Below, piece by piece: positions 9,211 to 18,343 of a stretch of DNA of 27,874 bases; the first letter of the stretch is position 1, and each line of letters begins with the position of its first letter. This DNA is from Nitrospirota bacterium. Its GTDB lineage: Bacteria > Nitrospirota > UBA9217. The stretch lies in NCBI GenBank assembly GCA_963741205.1, contig CAVUHW010000001.1, positions 1 through 27,874 on the forward strand, given 5' to 3'. The translations under genes and the position numbers were made by a program. The notes under the pieces are model-generated. The model was not told the DNA's origin. It did no database searches and was given only the letters and a program-made list of their open reading frames with translations.

Positions 9211-9563
9211 GTTGACATTTTCTCCGCACCGTTTCCGCATCCATCTCAATGTTCATTCCGTCATCCATAACGACTGGCTCCTGACAGGATCATGCCATCC
9301 GTCGTCTGCCCGATAACGGGGTCTCCTGCTTGCTAACAAACATGTTACTGTTTATGACGAAACTCCATGGTGCCGGAATCGAACTTCAGATCAAGATAGA
9401 GGATGCTGTTCTTGTCTCAGCCTCTGTCCCTCCCGCCGGGACTAACCCGAAAAGCACGAGGACGCCGGTAGCAGTACTATGGCTGCATGGATAAGCGTTT
9501 TTTCAAAACGACCCTTCCTTCTTTCTCGCGCTAATCGGGATTTCGTCCCAACGGTAAACATAC

Positions 9564-9978
9564 TTATTTTTTCAGCCCCGTGTCCTGCAAGGCCTGCTTG
9601 CACCGCTTGCTGATCTTCGCATCGTTCTTCTCCATGCACTTGAGCATTCGTCCCTCGCCGGGTTTGGTGTCTTTGCAGAACTTCGTCAGATCCTCCCGGC
9701 ACTCGTTCACGGTATAGTTCCAATATCGCCACAGCCCGCTCGAGCTGCGCCGCGGCGTCATAGAGCGCGTACTCGCACTTACCCGACAGCTTGTCGCTGA
9801 ACGCGTACAGGCAGGCAAGGACGCGTCCTTCGCCCGGCGTCACATCCTTGCAGTACGTTTTCAGTTCCTGGTCGCAGCCCTTTGCCACGCTGTCAATCAG
9901 CGTCTGCTGGGCCGAAACACTCCCGTTGAACATCAACACCATACCGATTATCGCCACGCCAATCGCCGCATACCTCAT
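9564..9978 (-). CDS. Exported cysteine-rich repeat protein (two GLG1/Cys_rich_FGFR-like repeats); apparent frameshift at ~9721
   Basis: ~137 aa after removing one base. Signal peptide; repeats C..EL..YC..VTPGEGRVLACL...LS.KC and C.EDL..FC..TKPGEGRMLKCM...IS.RC. Confidence 0.8.
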
Positions 9979-10059
9979 TTTTACTCCCTCCTTTTATGTT
10001 GTTTGATAAAACCCCTTCCGGCTGCCATTATTGGATGTGGTGCCTTCGGGGCTGTTTCC

Positions 10060-10752
10060 TTACATACGGAAAATGAAGTCCATTTTCCAGATGTCGAGGT
10101 CAGGTGTACCCTTTGAACCGCGATCGAGCCACACCTTATTGTAGCTGGGCTGCAGACTGAACTGACGGCCAAGGTCGAACCTGACGCCAAGGCCGAGGTT
10201 GTAGCTTACATCACTCTCGGTCTTGGTCGAAGCACTGTTTCCGCACACATAGCCATACCAGGGGTCCCACCAGCACACGGTCGATCCAAAGCCGGTCGGA
10301 ATGCTGGTGTCAAGATACGTTGCGCCGATCCCGCCTGAAACAAAGGGAGCGATGTTCCCCGTCAAAATGTAAAATATCCCGTTCAACGAAAACGTGGAGC
10401 TGTACAGAGTGTTGCTGTATCTTTGTTGAGTGCCGTCTGTATTATTCACGATCGTCGCGGTATAGTTTCGGGCGTTCCAGGTGAAGGCGCCGTTTAGCTG
10501 GAAGTGATCGTTGAAATTGTAACCGTAGCCGAATCCAAAGCCCCACGTCGCGTCCAGATCCACACTGGACCCTCCCTGGCCGTTCCAGTTCACAGAGGGA
10601 CTATAGGTAAGCGGCAGGATGAACTCCCAGTTCCCGCCCCGCCCGCCCGGCCGGACTGCCGTGTACTCCTCCGCCTCGGCAACAGGGCTATAGATCGCGA
10701 CCCCCGCAATTGCCGCCAATAATGCAAAACCTGTGATTATCACCCTCTTCAT
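10060..10752 (-). CDS. Outer-membrane beta-barrel protein (OmpA/OmpW-like small barrel), paralog 1
   Basis: 230 aa from ATG 10752 (GAGGTGG RBS). Signal peptide; alternating aromatic/Gly strands (GFGFGYGYNF, PFVSGGIG, YNLGLGVRF). Confidence 0.82.
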   Translation of the reverse strand: MKRVIITGFALLAAIAGVAIYSPVAEAEEYTAVRPGGRGGNWEFILPLTYSPSVNWNGQGGSSVDLDATWGFGFGYGYNFNDHFQLNGAFTWNARNYTATIVNNTDGTQQRYSNTLYSSTFSLNGIFYILTGNIAPFVSGGIGATYLDTSIPTGFGSTVCWWDPWYGYVCGNSASTKTESDVSYNLGLGVRFDLGRQFSLQPSYNKVWLDRGSKGTPDLDIWKMDFIFRM

Positions 10753-10879
10753 ATTCCACCTCATGCCTGCTATCGACTACACCAATTGCCGTATACCTCA
10801 TATTTATTCCCTCCTTTTGCGTCGTTTGATAACCCTTCCGGCCTGTCATCCGGTTGATGTAGTGCCTGCGGGGGTTTCC

Positions 10880-11576
10880 TTACATCCGGAAAATGAAATC
10901 CAACCTTAAAAGGTCGATGTCGGGTGTGCCCTTTGAGCCGCGATCGATCCACACCTTATTGTAACTGGGCTGCAGACTGAACTCGCGGCCAAGGTCGAAC
11001 CTGACGCCAATGCCGACGTTGTAGCTAAAATCACTCTCCGTCTTGGTCGAAGCACTGTTTCCGCACACATAGCCATACCATGGGTCCCACCAGCACGCGG
11101 TCTGCCCAAATCCGTTCGGTATGCTGGTGTCAAGATACACTCCGCCGATCCCGGCTGACACAAAGGGACTGATTTTCCCCAGCAAAGGGTAATAGACCCC
11201 GTTCAACGAAAACGCGGAGCTATACAGAGTGTTGCTGTATCTTTGTTGAGTGCCGTCTGCATTATTCACGATCGTCGCGCTATAGTTTCTGGCGCTCCAG
11301 GCGAAAAGACCGTTTGCCTGGAAGTGCTCGTTGATATTGTAACCAAATCCGAATCCAAAACCCCAGGTGGCGTCCAGATTCACATTGGACCCTCCCTGGC
11401 CGTTCCAGTTCGTTGAGCCGCTATAGATGAGCGGCAGAGTAGAACTCCCAGGTCCCGCCCCGGCCGCCCGGCCGGATTGCCGTGTACTGCTGCGCCTCGG
11501 CAACAGGGCTATAGATCGCGACCCCCGCTATTGCCGCCAATACAAATGCCAAACTTATGATTATCACTCTCTTCAT
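10880..11576 (-). CDS. Outer-membrane beta-barrel protein, paralog 2; apparent frameshift at ~11441
   Basis: ORFs 11421-11615 and 10880-11503 join into ~231 aa, colinear with paralog 1. AGGAGG RBS. Confidence 0.82.
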
Positions 11577-11611
11577 ATCCCACCTCCTGAGATTTAGAAT
11601 CACCATGGTCT

Positions 11612-12013
11612 TCATGCTATTTTTTCAGACCTCAGCGGTACATAGGTGCCGCCCTTCAAAACCGCTTCGACCGCCGGGACCAGATCATCCACCGCTTTGC
11701 GCTTGAGAACAACGCCGCGTGCGCCCGCCTGGATGCATTCTCCGAACGCAGTCGGCTCATCATGGATGCTCAGGATGATGAGCTTGATGCCGGGAAAAGC
11801 CGTTTTCATGCGCCGCACGATGTTGATCTCCTTTGTGACCGGCAGCGAAAGGTCCGCCACGATAAGGTCGGGTTTGAGCTTTTCAGCAGCCTCCATAAGT
11901 GAGGCTTCATCGGCGACCATAAAGACCGTCTCAAACATGTCCTCCAGGAGATTCCGGACGCCTTCAAGCATGTTCTGATGATTATCAGCCAGGAGCACTT
12001 TGCCTTGTTTCAT
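11612..12013 (-). CDS. Stand-alone receiver domain protein (NarL-type receiver, no output domain)
   Basis: 133 aa: VLLADNH, PDLIVADLSLP, IILSIH, GARGVVLK. Confidence 0.88.
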   Translation of the reverse strand: MKQGKVLLADNHQNMLEGVRNLLEDMFETVFMVADEASLMEAAEKLKPDLIVADLSLPVTKEINIVRRMKTAFPGIKLIILSIHDEPTAFGECIQAGARGVVLKRKAVDDLVPAVEAVLKGGTYVPLRSEKIA

Positions 12014-12143
12014 GGTCCTCTCTCACGCACGTTTCGCAATGAAGTACGTGCGACGCCGAAGCGCTTTTAAAAGTCCGAACCGGAGAAACGGAATAGGAAT
12101 GTATCTTACCTTGTAATGGTAGAAGAGCAGCGGGTGGATAGTA

Positions 12144-12191
12144 ACTAGTAAAACTACCGGTTTTATGTAAACTAGTAAAAATACCGGTTTT
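12144..12191. promoter_or_regulatory. Tandem 21-bp direct repeat, candidate operator
   Basis: ACTAGTAAAACTACCGGTTTT (12144-12164) and ACTAGTAAAAATACCGGTTTT (12171-12191): one mismatch, 27-bp period, intergenic and upstream of the downstream operon. Confidence 0.6.
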
Positions 12192-12230
12192 GCGGGAGGC
12201 TGCCGTGAAGGTTTCTGACGGCAGGGAACG

Positions 12231-12869
12231 CTACTTCGTGATGATGCCGTATCGTACTGCGTAGTGGACCAATTCTGCGGAGTTCTTGAGGCCAAGGTCT
12301 TTCATGATGCGGTATTTGTGGAATTCCACTGTCCTCGAAGAGATGTTAAGCACCATGGCGATCTCCTTTGCCGACTTCCCCTCAGCGAGCAATTGCACGA
12401 TCTCGCGCTGCCGATGGGTAAGCTTGGTGGACTCGTCACGCTGGTTGGCCCTCTCTTTGGTATGCTGCATAAGCTCGCCGGCAAGCAAGGGCGTCACAAA
12501 GGTCTTTCCCCTCAATGCGCTTCGAATGGCGGTGACCAGTTCCGTCGCAGCCGAGTGCTTGAGGACATATCCCGAAGCTCCTGCTTCAAAGGCGCTGACC
12601 GCGTAGGTCACATCGGGGTGCATGGTAAGGAAAACGACCTTGATCTCTTCATGAGCTTTCTTGATCTGCCGGACAGAATCAATGCCGTTCAGGAGCGGCA
12701 TCGAGATGTCCGCCACGATCACGTCAGGCCGCAGTTTCTCCGCGGCGGCGAGCAGCGCGCGGCCGTCCTCAACGATCCCGACAAGCTCGAACTCAGGCTC
12801 CAGAAGGCCCTTGAGGCCCTCAGTTACGATCCGGTGATCGTCTGCAAGGAGGACGCGCGGCCGGCTCAT
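12231..12869 (-). CDS. NarL/FixJ-family response regulator (receiver plus LuxR HTH)
   Basis: 212 aa from ATG 12869 with AGGAGA RBS: RVLLADDH, ADISMP, GYVLK, LTHRQREIVQLLAEGKSAKEIA..LNISSRTVEFHK. Confidence 0.93.
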   Translation of the reverse strand: MSRPRVLLADDHRIVTEGLKGLLEPEFELVGIVEDGRALLAAAEKLRPDVIVADISMPLLNGIDSVRQIKKAHEEIKVVFLTMHPDVTYAVSAFEAGASGYVLKHSAATELVTAIRSALRGKTFVTPLLAGELMQHTKERANQRDESTKLTHRQREIVQLLAEGKSAKEIAMVLNISSRTVEFHKYRIMKDLGLKNSAELVHYAVRYGIITK

Positions 12870-14666
12870 GTGACTTCTCCTGTAAGACGGGACGCACACC
12901 TTGATCACCGTGCCTTTTCCGGGTTGAGATTGTATCGTGAATTCACCCCCGATGAGCTGCACCCGTTCGCGCATGCTGGAGAGGCCAAGCCCCGGCAGTT
13001 TACGCACCTCAAGAGGATCGAATCCGATGCCGTCATCGGAGACGCTCAGGCAGAGGGCATGGTCATCGCCTTTCAGGAAGATCTCGCAGTTCTTCGACCG
13101 GGAATGGGTTGCGAAGTTCCTCAGTCCCTCCTGGACGACACGGTAGAGACAGAGAGCGACATCGTCGGGGATCTCATCGGTGACATCCTCTCTGCTGAAG
13201 GTGATCTCTACAGGATACCTCCGCATGACGGCCGAGCATTCTGATTCTATGGCGCGCACAAGCCCCAGGTCGTCAAGGATTGTGGGATGGAGCTGGCGAG
13301 AGATCGTGTGTACATCTTCAGATATCTTGATGAGCTGTTCTTTGATTTGCGCTACCGTGTGAATGGTCTCCGGACATTTTTCAGGCATCCTGTTCAGGTC
13401 CAGCTCCAGCTTGCCGGCCTCGATCGCGAGAACCGCCAGCCGCTGCGTCAGGTCGTCGTGGAGCTCCCGCGACAGCCTGCGGAGCTCTTCTTCCTGGGCG
13501 GAGATCAATCTGCCCGCAAGTCTCTGGAGGTCCTTCTTGCTGTTACTGTGGGCGGCCTCGTTTTCCTTCATGGCCTCTTCCGCCTGTTTACGCTCGGTGA
13601 TGTCCTTATTCACGCCGCGATAGCCTTCGAGATTCCACGCTTCGTCCAGAATAGGCACACCATTGGTGAGGAGGTAGATCCTTTCGCCGTTCTTTCCCAC
13701 GTTCCAGTTCTCCAGGTCCTCGATGGGCGTCTTCTGTGATGCGATCTCGGGCAAGGAGAGCCTGGACTCTCTTTGCTTCGTCCGGCGGCATAAGATCGAA
13801 CGGTGTTTTCCCGATAACGGGACCAAAGAGCTCGCTACCCTTCGCCGAACTGGTAGGTATAGACCCCCTTTTCGTCCACCTCCCACACCCAATCAGCCAT
13901 GCTGAAGGTGATATCCCTCAATCGCGCTTCGCTCTCGCGGAGTTTTTCCGACAATTGCGCGGCCCGTTGTACTCACGGCTCATTTCGTAGGCCATCGCCG
14001 CAACGATGCCCATGAAAAAAAAACTCGGTGCGTAAGCGGCCAGTGGATCGATTTCCCAGAGCACGAGCACGGACTGCATGGTTCCGGCCAGCCACGAAGA
14101 ACACGATGCTGCCACCCATTACCAGCGCCTGTCGCTGGTCGCCTCGTCGCCAGACGGTGATCGCGGCATCCGTGACAAAAAACACAAACAACAAAAAGCT
14201 CAACTGACCGACGAGCATCCAGGGATTAGACACACCCTCGCCGACAGAGACGGATTCGCCGAGGAACGGGATGTGTCGGAGGGCGGTGATCTCGCGGTAA
14301 TTGAGATTCGGCCGTGTAAGACAAAATTGAGGATCAGCGAGAGCAGTGCGCAGACCGCAGACCGCCCACGCGAGCCAGGGTCGACCAGCCTCCCGCATGT
14401 AAAGCCGTACGAAGCCGACCAGCGAGACGATGATCACCCAGGCCGGAACATGGAGCCAGCGCAGCGCCAGTGCCGAATTCTGCGGGTGTCTCGGCCCGCA
14501 TCATCGAAAGCTCACAGAATGCGCAGTGGCGGCCGTGCCACAGCGGTCAGGAAAAGAGCAGGTTGGTCCACTCCGTCCGCTTCTTGAGCCAGACGAGCAG
14601 ATGCATCGCCGCCAGCGTGAGACACGCGGACGCGATCATGGACCAGATGATGGTAACCCAACTCAT
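12866..14666 (-). CDS. Membrane sensor histidine kinase (multi-TM N-terminus, PAS/PAC, HisKA_3, HATPase); several frameshifts in 13700-14560
   Basis: Starts MSWVTIIWSMIASACLTLAAMHLLVW (AGAGGAG RBS). Hydrophobic fragments lie in shifting frames. PAC GYRGVNKDITERK, H-box ELHDDLTQ, N-box QEGLRN, DDGIGF, GLGLSSMRER. Confidence 0.8.
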
Positions 14667-14950
14667 AAAGTGACGAATCTCCTCTGATTGGAACCGATGC
14701 TTTTGCTGCCTGTTTTACGGCCTTCTTGATGAGAATATTTTATTATGAATCCGGAAAATCCGCAAGGTGTGATCCTAATTGGGAAGCTATTTCGGAGCCG
14801 GTGAGGACTCTGAAAAATATCTCTCCTGCGACGTTCATTGGGATAGTCTCTAAACAGCGCGCTGCTCAATTGCCGGCTCTGCCGCACAACAGAAGGAAAA
14901 ACTATCCGCAGGATGACCGGATCGCCCGGATGAACCACTCCATACCATGA

Positions 14951-14983
14951 GCGTAGTGACGGCCGGCAACTCCGTCACTACGC
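14951..14983 (-). terminator. Perfect 12-bp stem hairpin just downstream of the OmpA/MotB gene
   Basis: GCGTAGTGACGG-N9-CCGTCACTACGC. No clear U-tract, so terminator function is uncertain. Confidence 0.45.
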
Positions 14984-15005
14984 CACCATTCTGAAGGAAG
15001 TTACA

Positions 15006-15800
15006 TCAGCTTCCTGCTTTGGTCATTTCACTCTCCAGGCTCTTGTCGATCAGCATGATCTCGATCCGGCGGTTCTTCTGGCGTCCTTCCGGTGTGTCGT
15101 TCGGGGCCACGGGATCGTATTCGGCTCTCCCGGACGTCACCATGCGCTCGGGAGGAATACCAGACTCCTGAAGGTAGCGGACGACGTTGGTCGCCCGGGC
15201 AACTGAAAGCTCCCAGTTCGACGGGAACGTGGCCTGCAGGGATTTGGCGACCGGCACATTGTCCGTATGGCCCACGACCCGGATGATTTTGTTCTCATAT
15301 CCCTTCAGGGCGTCGGCAACCTTTTTTAATACTTCCTTGCCCTCTTTTTTCAGGGTCGCACGGCCTGAATCAAAGAAGATCTTCTCAGCCAGGTCCACTG
15401 AGAGCATGTTCTTATACTGCTTCACCTGGAGCTGGCCCTTCTCCACTTCCTTCGACAATCCCTGCACCAGCTCATTGTATTGCTTCTGCTGCTGCTGGCT
15501 GGCTGCGAGCAAAGAGGCCTTCTCCTGCTCCAGCGACCCGACCTTATCCTGCGCGGCCTTTTTGTTCTGCTCCAGGGACGCTATCTGCTGATTTAACGCC
15601 GCATTATCCTGCTCCAGTTTGCTCTTCTCCTGCTCAAGCGCCTTTTTCTGATTTTCCACGGTTGTCTTCTGTTGCTGCAGTGCCGCGATCTCCTCATTCT
15701 TGCCCGCTTCCATCTTTTTGAATGTACCGCTGCTGACGCAACCACTCGCGATGATCCCCGCCGCGAGAACGGCAATACCGGTGTGCAGGTGCTTCCTCAT
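15006..15800 (-). CDS. OmpA/MotB-family peptidoglycan-binding lipoprotein with coiled-coil stalk
   Basis: 264 aa. Lipobox ASGC; Q/E/K heptads; FDSGRATL, VGHTDN, NWELSVARA, NRRIEI. Confidence 0.9.
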   Translation of the reverse strand: MRKHLHTGIAVLAAGIIASGCVSSGTFKKMEAGKNEEIAALQQQKTTVENQKKALEQEKSKLEQDNAALNQQIASLEQNKKAAQDKVGSLEQEKASLLAASQQQQKQYNELVQGLSKEVEKGQLQVKQYKNMLSVDLAEKIFFDSGRATLKKEGKEVLKKVADALKGYENKIIRVVGHTDNVPVAKSLQATFPSNWELSVARATNVVRYLQESGIPPERMVTSGRAEYDPVAPNDTPEGRQKNRRIEIMLIDKSLESEMTKAGS

Positions 15801-15877
15801 GTTGCTTGCCCTCCTTTGTCCTTTTAGTGATTATCATGGATCGATCCATGATCTGAAAAACTTTACCGACCACTGAG

Positions 15878-15963
15878 TGTCATTCCACGAATGTTCCTAT
15901 CGGGGAGTCAGAAATATACGGTACTGAAGCTGGATTCCGCTCAGAATCGCATCGGGAATGACA
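15878..15963. repeat. Degenerate REP/REPIN-like palindromic element
   Basis: Terminal inverted repeats TGTCATTCC...GGAATGACA with an inner CTGGATTCC, resembling the widespread GTCATTCCCG...GGGAATCCAG / CTGGATTCCCG...CGGGAATGAC repeat type. Confidence 0.55.
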
Positions 15964-15991
15964 ATAGGATATGCGCTCCGAGACTGTTCCT

Positions 15992-18343
15992 CTACAGCAC
16001 TTTGTAGAAATACCGGTTCAGATCGAAGAGCCCTCCTCTCACCGGTTCCTCCTCCAGAAAGCGCTTCTGGAACCAGTCGTAGGCGTCCCAGAACCGTTCG
16101 TCTGCCCTGTTGATCCCGTACCTGGCAAGCCTCGCCATGTCCTTCGGGCTCTTGTTAAAATGGGCCAGCAAGTCGAAAAAATCCGGCAGGTCTTCTTCGC
16201 GTACGTCGAAAAAATAGTTCGGGTACGATCCGATCAGCTGCGGAATGAAATCGGCGCTGTCCCTGGACGGATCGAGCCGCTTGTCCTCGCTGTACAGGTA
16301 CGCCACGTTATCGTGCCATCGGTTGATCACGATGCTCCCCGCCACATCCTTTCCGTCGGACATACGGATCCGCAAGAAGGCGAGATTTGCGTTGCTGTTG
16401 TTGATCAGGGAAAAGAACGGTGTGCCGGGACTTGCCAGTGCGCGGAATCCCTGCATATAATCATCCCTGGTCCGATAGACAGACGGCAGTGGATAGATCG
16501 CATGCGCCGACAGGTAGTTCAGCCGGTCAAAGGTGATGTTCGTTGCGGGAAGGATGTGCCGGTTCACGACCTGTTCGATGAATTCGCGCTTGGGGTCGTC
16601 GGTGGCAAAGGCGATCTTCGCCGGCATGGCCGACGGGTAATAGCGGATATCCTTGAGGTCCTCGCCTTTGTACCATGACTGCATGATTTCCTGCCGCTTT
16701 GCCGGGGGCAGGTAATCGAGGAAGTAGCTCTCGCCCTCGATGCGCAGGCCGTCCATGTAGAGCCGCACGGCCAGTTGATGGCCCGCGTTGCCGTACACAT
16801 CGAACCCGGCGACGAGCGCATAATAGATGCGTTCGAACAAAGGATAGTCGATGACCCACATCGTCTTCGGCAGATTGCCCAACACACCCTTGTGCACGGA
16901 CGCGCTGTCGAAGTGGCGGTACACGGTAAGAAGCGGCGTATCCGAGGCCTGGTTTCCCTTCCAGATCGACTCAAGCCCAAGACCGTTGTAGTTGTGTGAC
17001 ATGTAAAAGTCCTGTCGCGCCCGGTAGAATTCCTCCTCCGCCTTCCGGTTCTCGTCGGTCAGGGCGGTAAAGAGCAGCACGTTGCTGCCCCGTTCGATGG
17101 GCATGCTCAGCCTGTCCTGATGCAGCTTGAGAAATGCCGGATAGCGGACTGCCAGATCGTGGTCCGGGTCCAGGAACATGATCCAGAATTGATCATCGAT
17201 CACGTTCAGGGCGATCTGACCCTTGCAGACCGGTCCGTGGATGAACGTCATGATCACGTAATTCGCGTTGTCCAGCAGGAACTGGTACCGCGAGCGCGGC
17301 GGGATCTGCTCAAAGGACACGAAGGGATTGGCGCTCAGCTTCGGGTCGTATCCTACGAGGTGCGGAGGCTGCAGCCATTCTGGAACGATGAAGAGTTCCT
17401 CGATGCGGTGCATTTTGGCGTCATCCAATTCGACCACCATGTGGGTCTTGTGCACGATGGTGGAGTGGATCTTCCGGAACCGGTAAAAGACCCGCTCGAC
17501 GCCCGGTGCGTCATAGGGCCGCACAGTCGGGATGATGTCGACAGGCCGGCCCGGCGGGGTCGTCGAGCGCACCAGCTCATAGAACTCGTTTGTCGGCGTT
17601 CCGAACTTCAGGTGGGCCAGGAACAAATGCTCGTAGAGGTAGCGCGACGTCATCGCGTGCTTGGCATCGTCCCGGTTCAGGAATGTCTCCCACTTCACGA
17701 TCTCACGGGCGTCATCCTGCTTCGGCGCCTCGAGCGCCGCCTGCTGGAGCGCGTCGGGTCCCCGGGCGCCCTGGACAAGCCAGCCGGCTATGATCTCGAA
17801 TTCTTCCTTTTTGAGCGGAGGGAAGCCGTAGGGCATTCCGCGGTTCGGATGCTTTTTCAAATAGCCGCCCACTTCCTTCCGATCGGTGGAGCAGGTCAGT
17901 TCATCCGTTTCCGGATTGTACTCGCCCGTGCTCTCCGGGTTCTTCATCTTGTGGGAAAGCAGCTGGATCATGATCGAATCGTTCAGGCCGTTCGAGACCG
18001 TGCTGTCGGTCACACTGAAAAAGTCCTTTTTCCGCCACTCCGTCGTGGACCGGGCATCGATGAACAGCCGGGTCGGGTCCATGGATCGCAGGCGCGCGCC
18101 GTCGTAGACGGCCTTTTTCGTCGCGCCGCGGTCCAGGCCTTCGAACTCGCTCAGTTTCAGTTGGCAGGGGGAATTATAGCAGGAATGGCAAACCACGCAG
18201 CGTTTGTCAAGGATCGGCTTCACCTCGGTCAGGTAGTCGATCGGCCGCGACGGGACCGGAAAGGCCACCGGAGGCAGTGCTTTCACGGCGCAGCCTGCAA
18301 AGAGGACGGCCAGTGCCAGCGCAATAACCCGGGTATATCTCAT
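15992..18343 (-). CDS. cti: Fatty acid cis/trans isomerase (heme c lipoprotein)
   Basis: 783 aa. Lipobox FAGC; VKPILDKRCVVCHSCYNSPCQLKL, TRLFIDA, RYLYEHLFLAH, GPVCKGQIALNVI, YRHFDSASV, GSYPN, C-terminal DLNRY. Confidence 0.92.
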   Translation of the reverse strand: MRYTRVIALALAVLFAGCAVKALPPVAFPVPSRPIDYLTEVKPILDKRCVVCHSCYNSPCQLKLSEFEGLDRGATKKAVYDGARLRSMDPTRLFIDARSTTEWRKKDFFSVTDSTVSNGLNDSIMIQLLSHKMKNPESTGEYNPETDELTCSTDRKEVGGYLKKHPNRGMPYGFPPLKKEEFEIIAGWLVQGARGPDALQQAALEAPKQDDAREIVKWETFLNRDDAKHAMTSRYLYEHLFLAHLKFGTPTNEFYELVRSTTPPGRPVDIIPTVRPYDAPGVERVFYRFRKIHSTIVHKTHMVVELDDAKMHRIEELFIVPEWLQPPHLVGYDPKLSANPFVSFEQIPPRSRYQFLLDNANYVIMTFIHGPVCKGQIALNVIDDQFWIMFLDPDHDLAVRYPAFLKLHQDRLSMPIERGSNVLLFTALTDENRKAEEEFYRARQDFYMSHNYNGLGLESIWKGNQASDTPLLTVYRHFDSASVHKGVLGNLPKTMWVIDYPLFERIYYALVAGFDVYGNAGHQLAVRLYMDGLRIEGESYFLDYLPPAKRQEIMQSWYKGEDLKDIRYYPSAMPAKIAFATDDPKREFIEQVVNRHILPATNITFDRLNYLSAHAIYPLPSVYRTRDDYMQGFRALASPGTPFFSLINNSNANLAFLRIRMSDGKDVAGSIVINRWHDNVAYLYSEDKRLDPSRDSADFIPQLIGSYPNYFFDVREEDLPDFFDLLAHFNKSPKDMARLARYGINRADERFWDAYDWFQKRFLEEEPVRGGLFDLNRYFYKVL

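Noticed and set aside
9250-9560. Possible decayed exported-protein gene between the Cys-rich and cytochrome genes
   Set aside because: There is an RBS-like sequence and a short hydrophobic stretch, but no sustained frame or recognisable homology.
12144-12191. Mini CRISPR array
   Set aside because: Only two 21-bp units with a 6-bp spacer and no cas genes.
15006-15800. Flagellar stator motB
   Set aside because: It has a lipobox instead of the MotB TM helix with its conserved Asp, and there is no motA neighbour.
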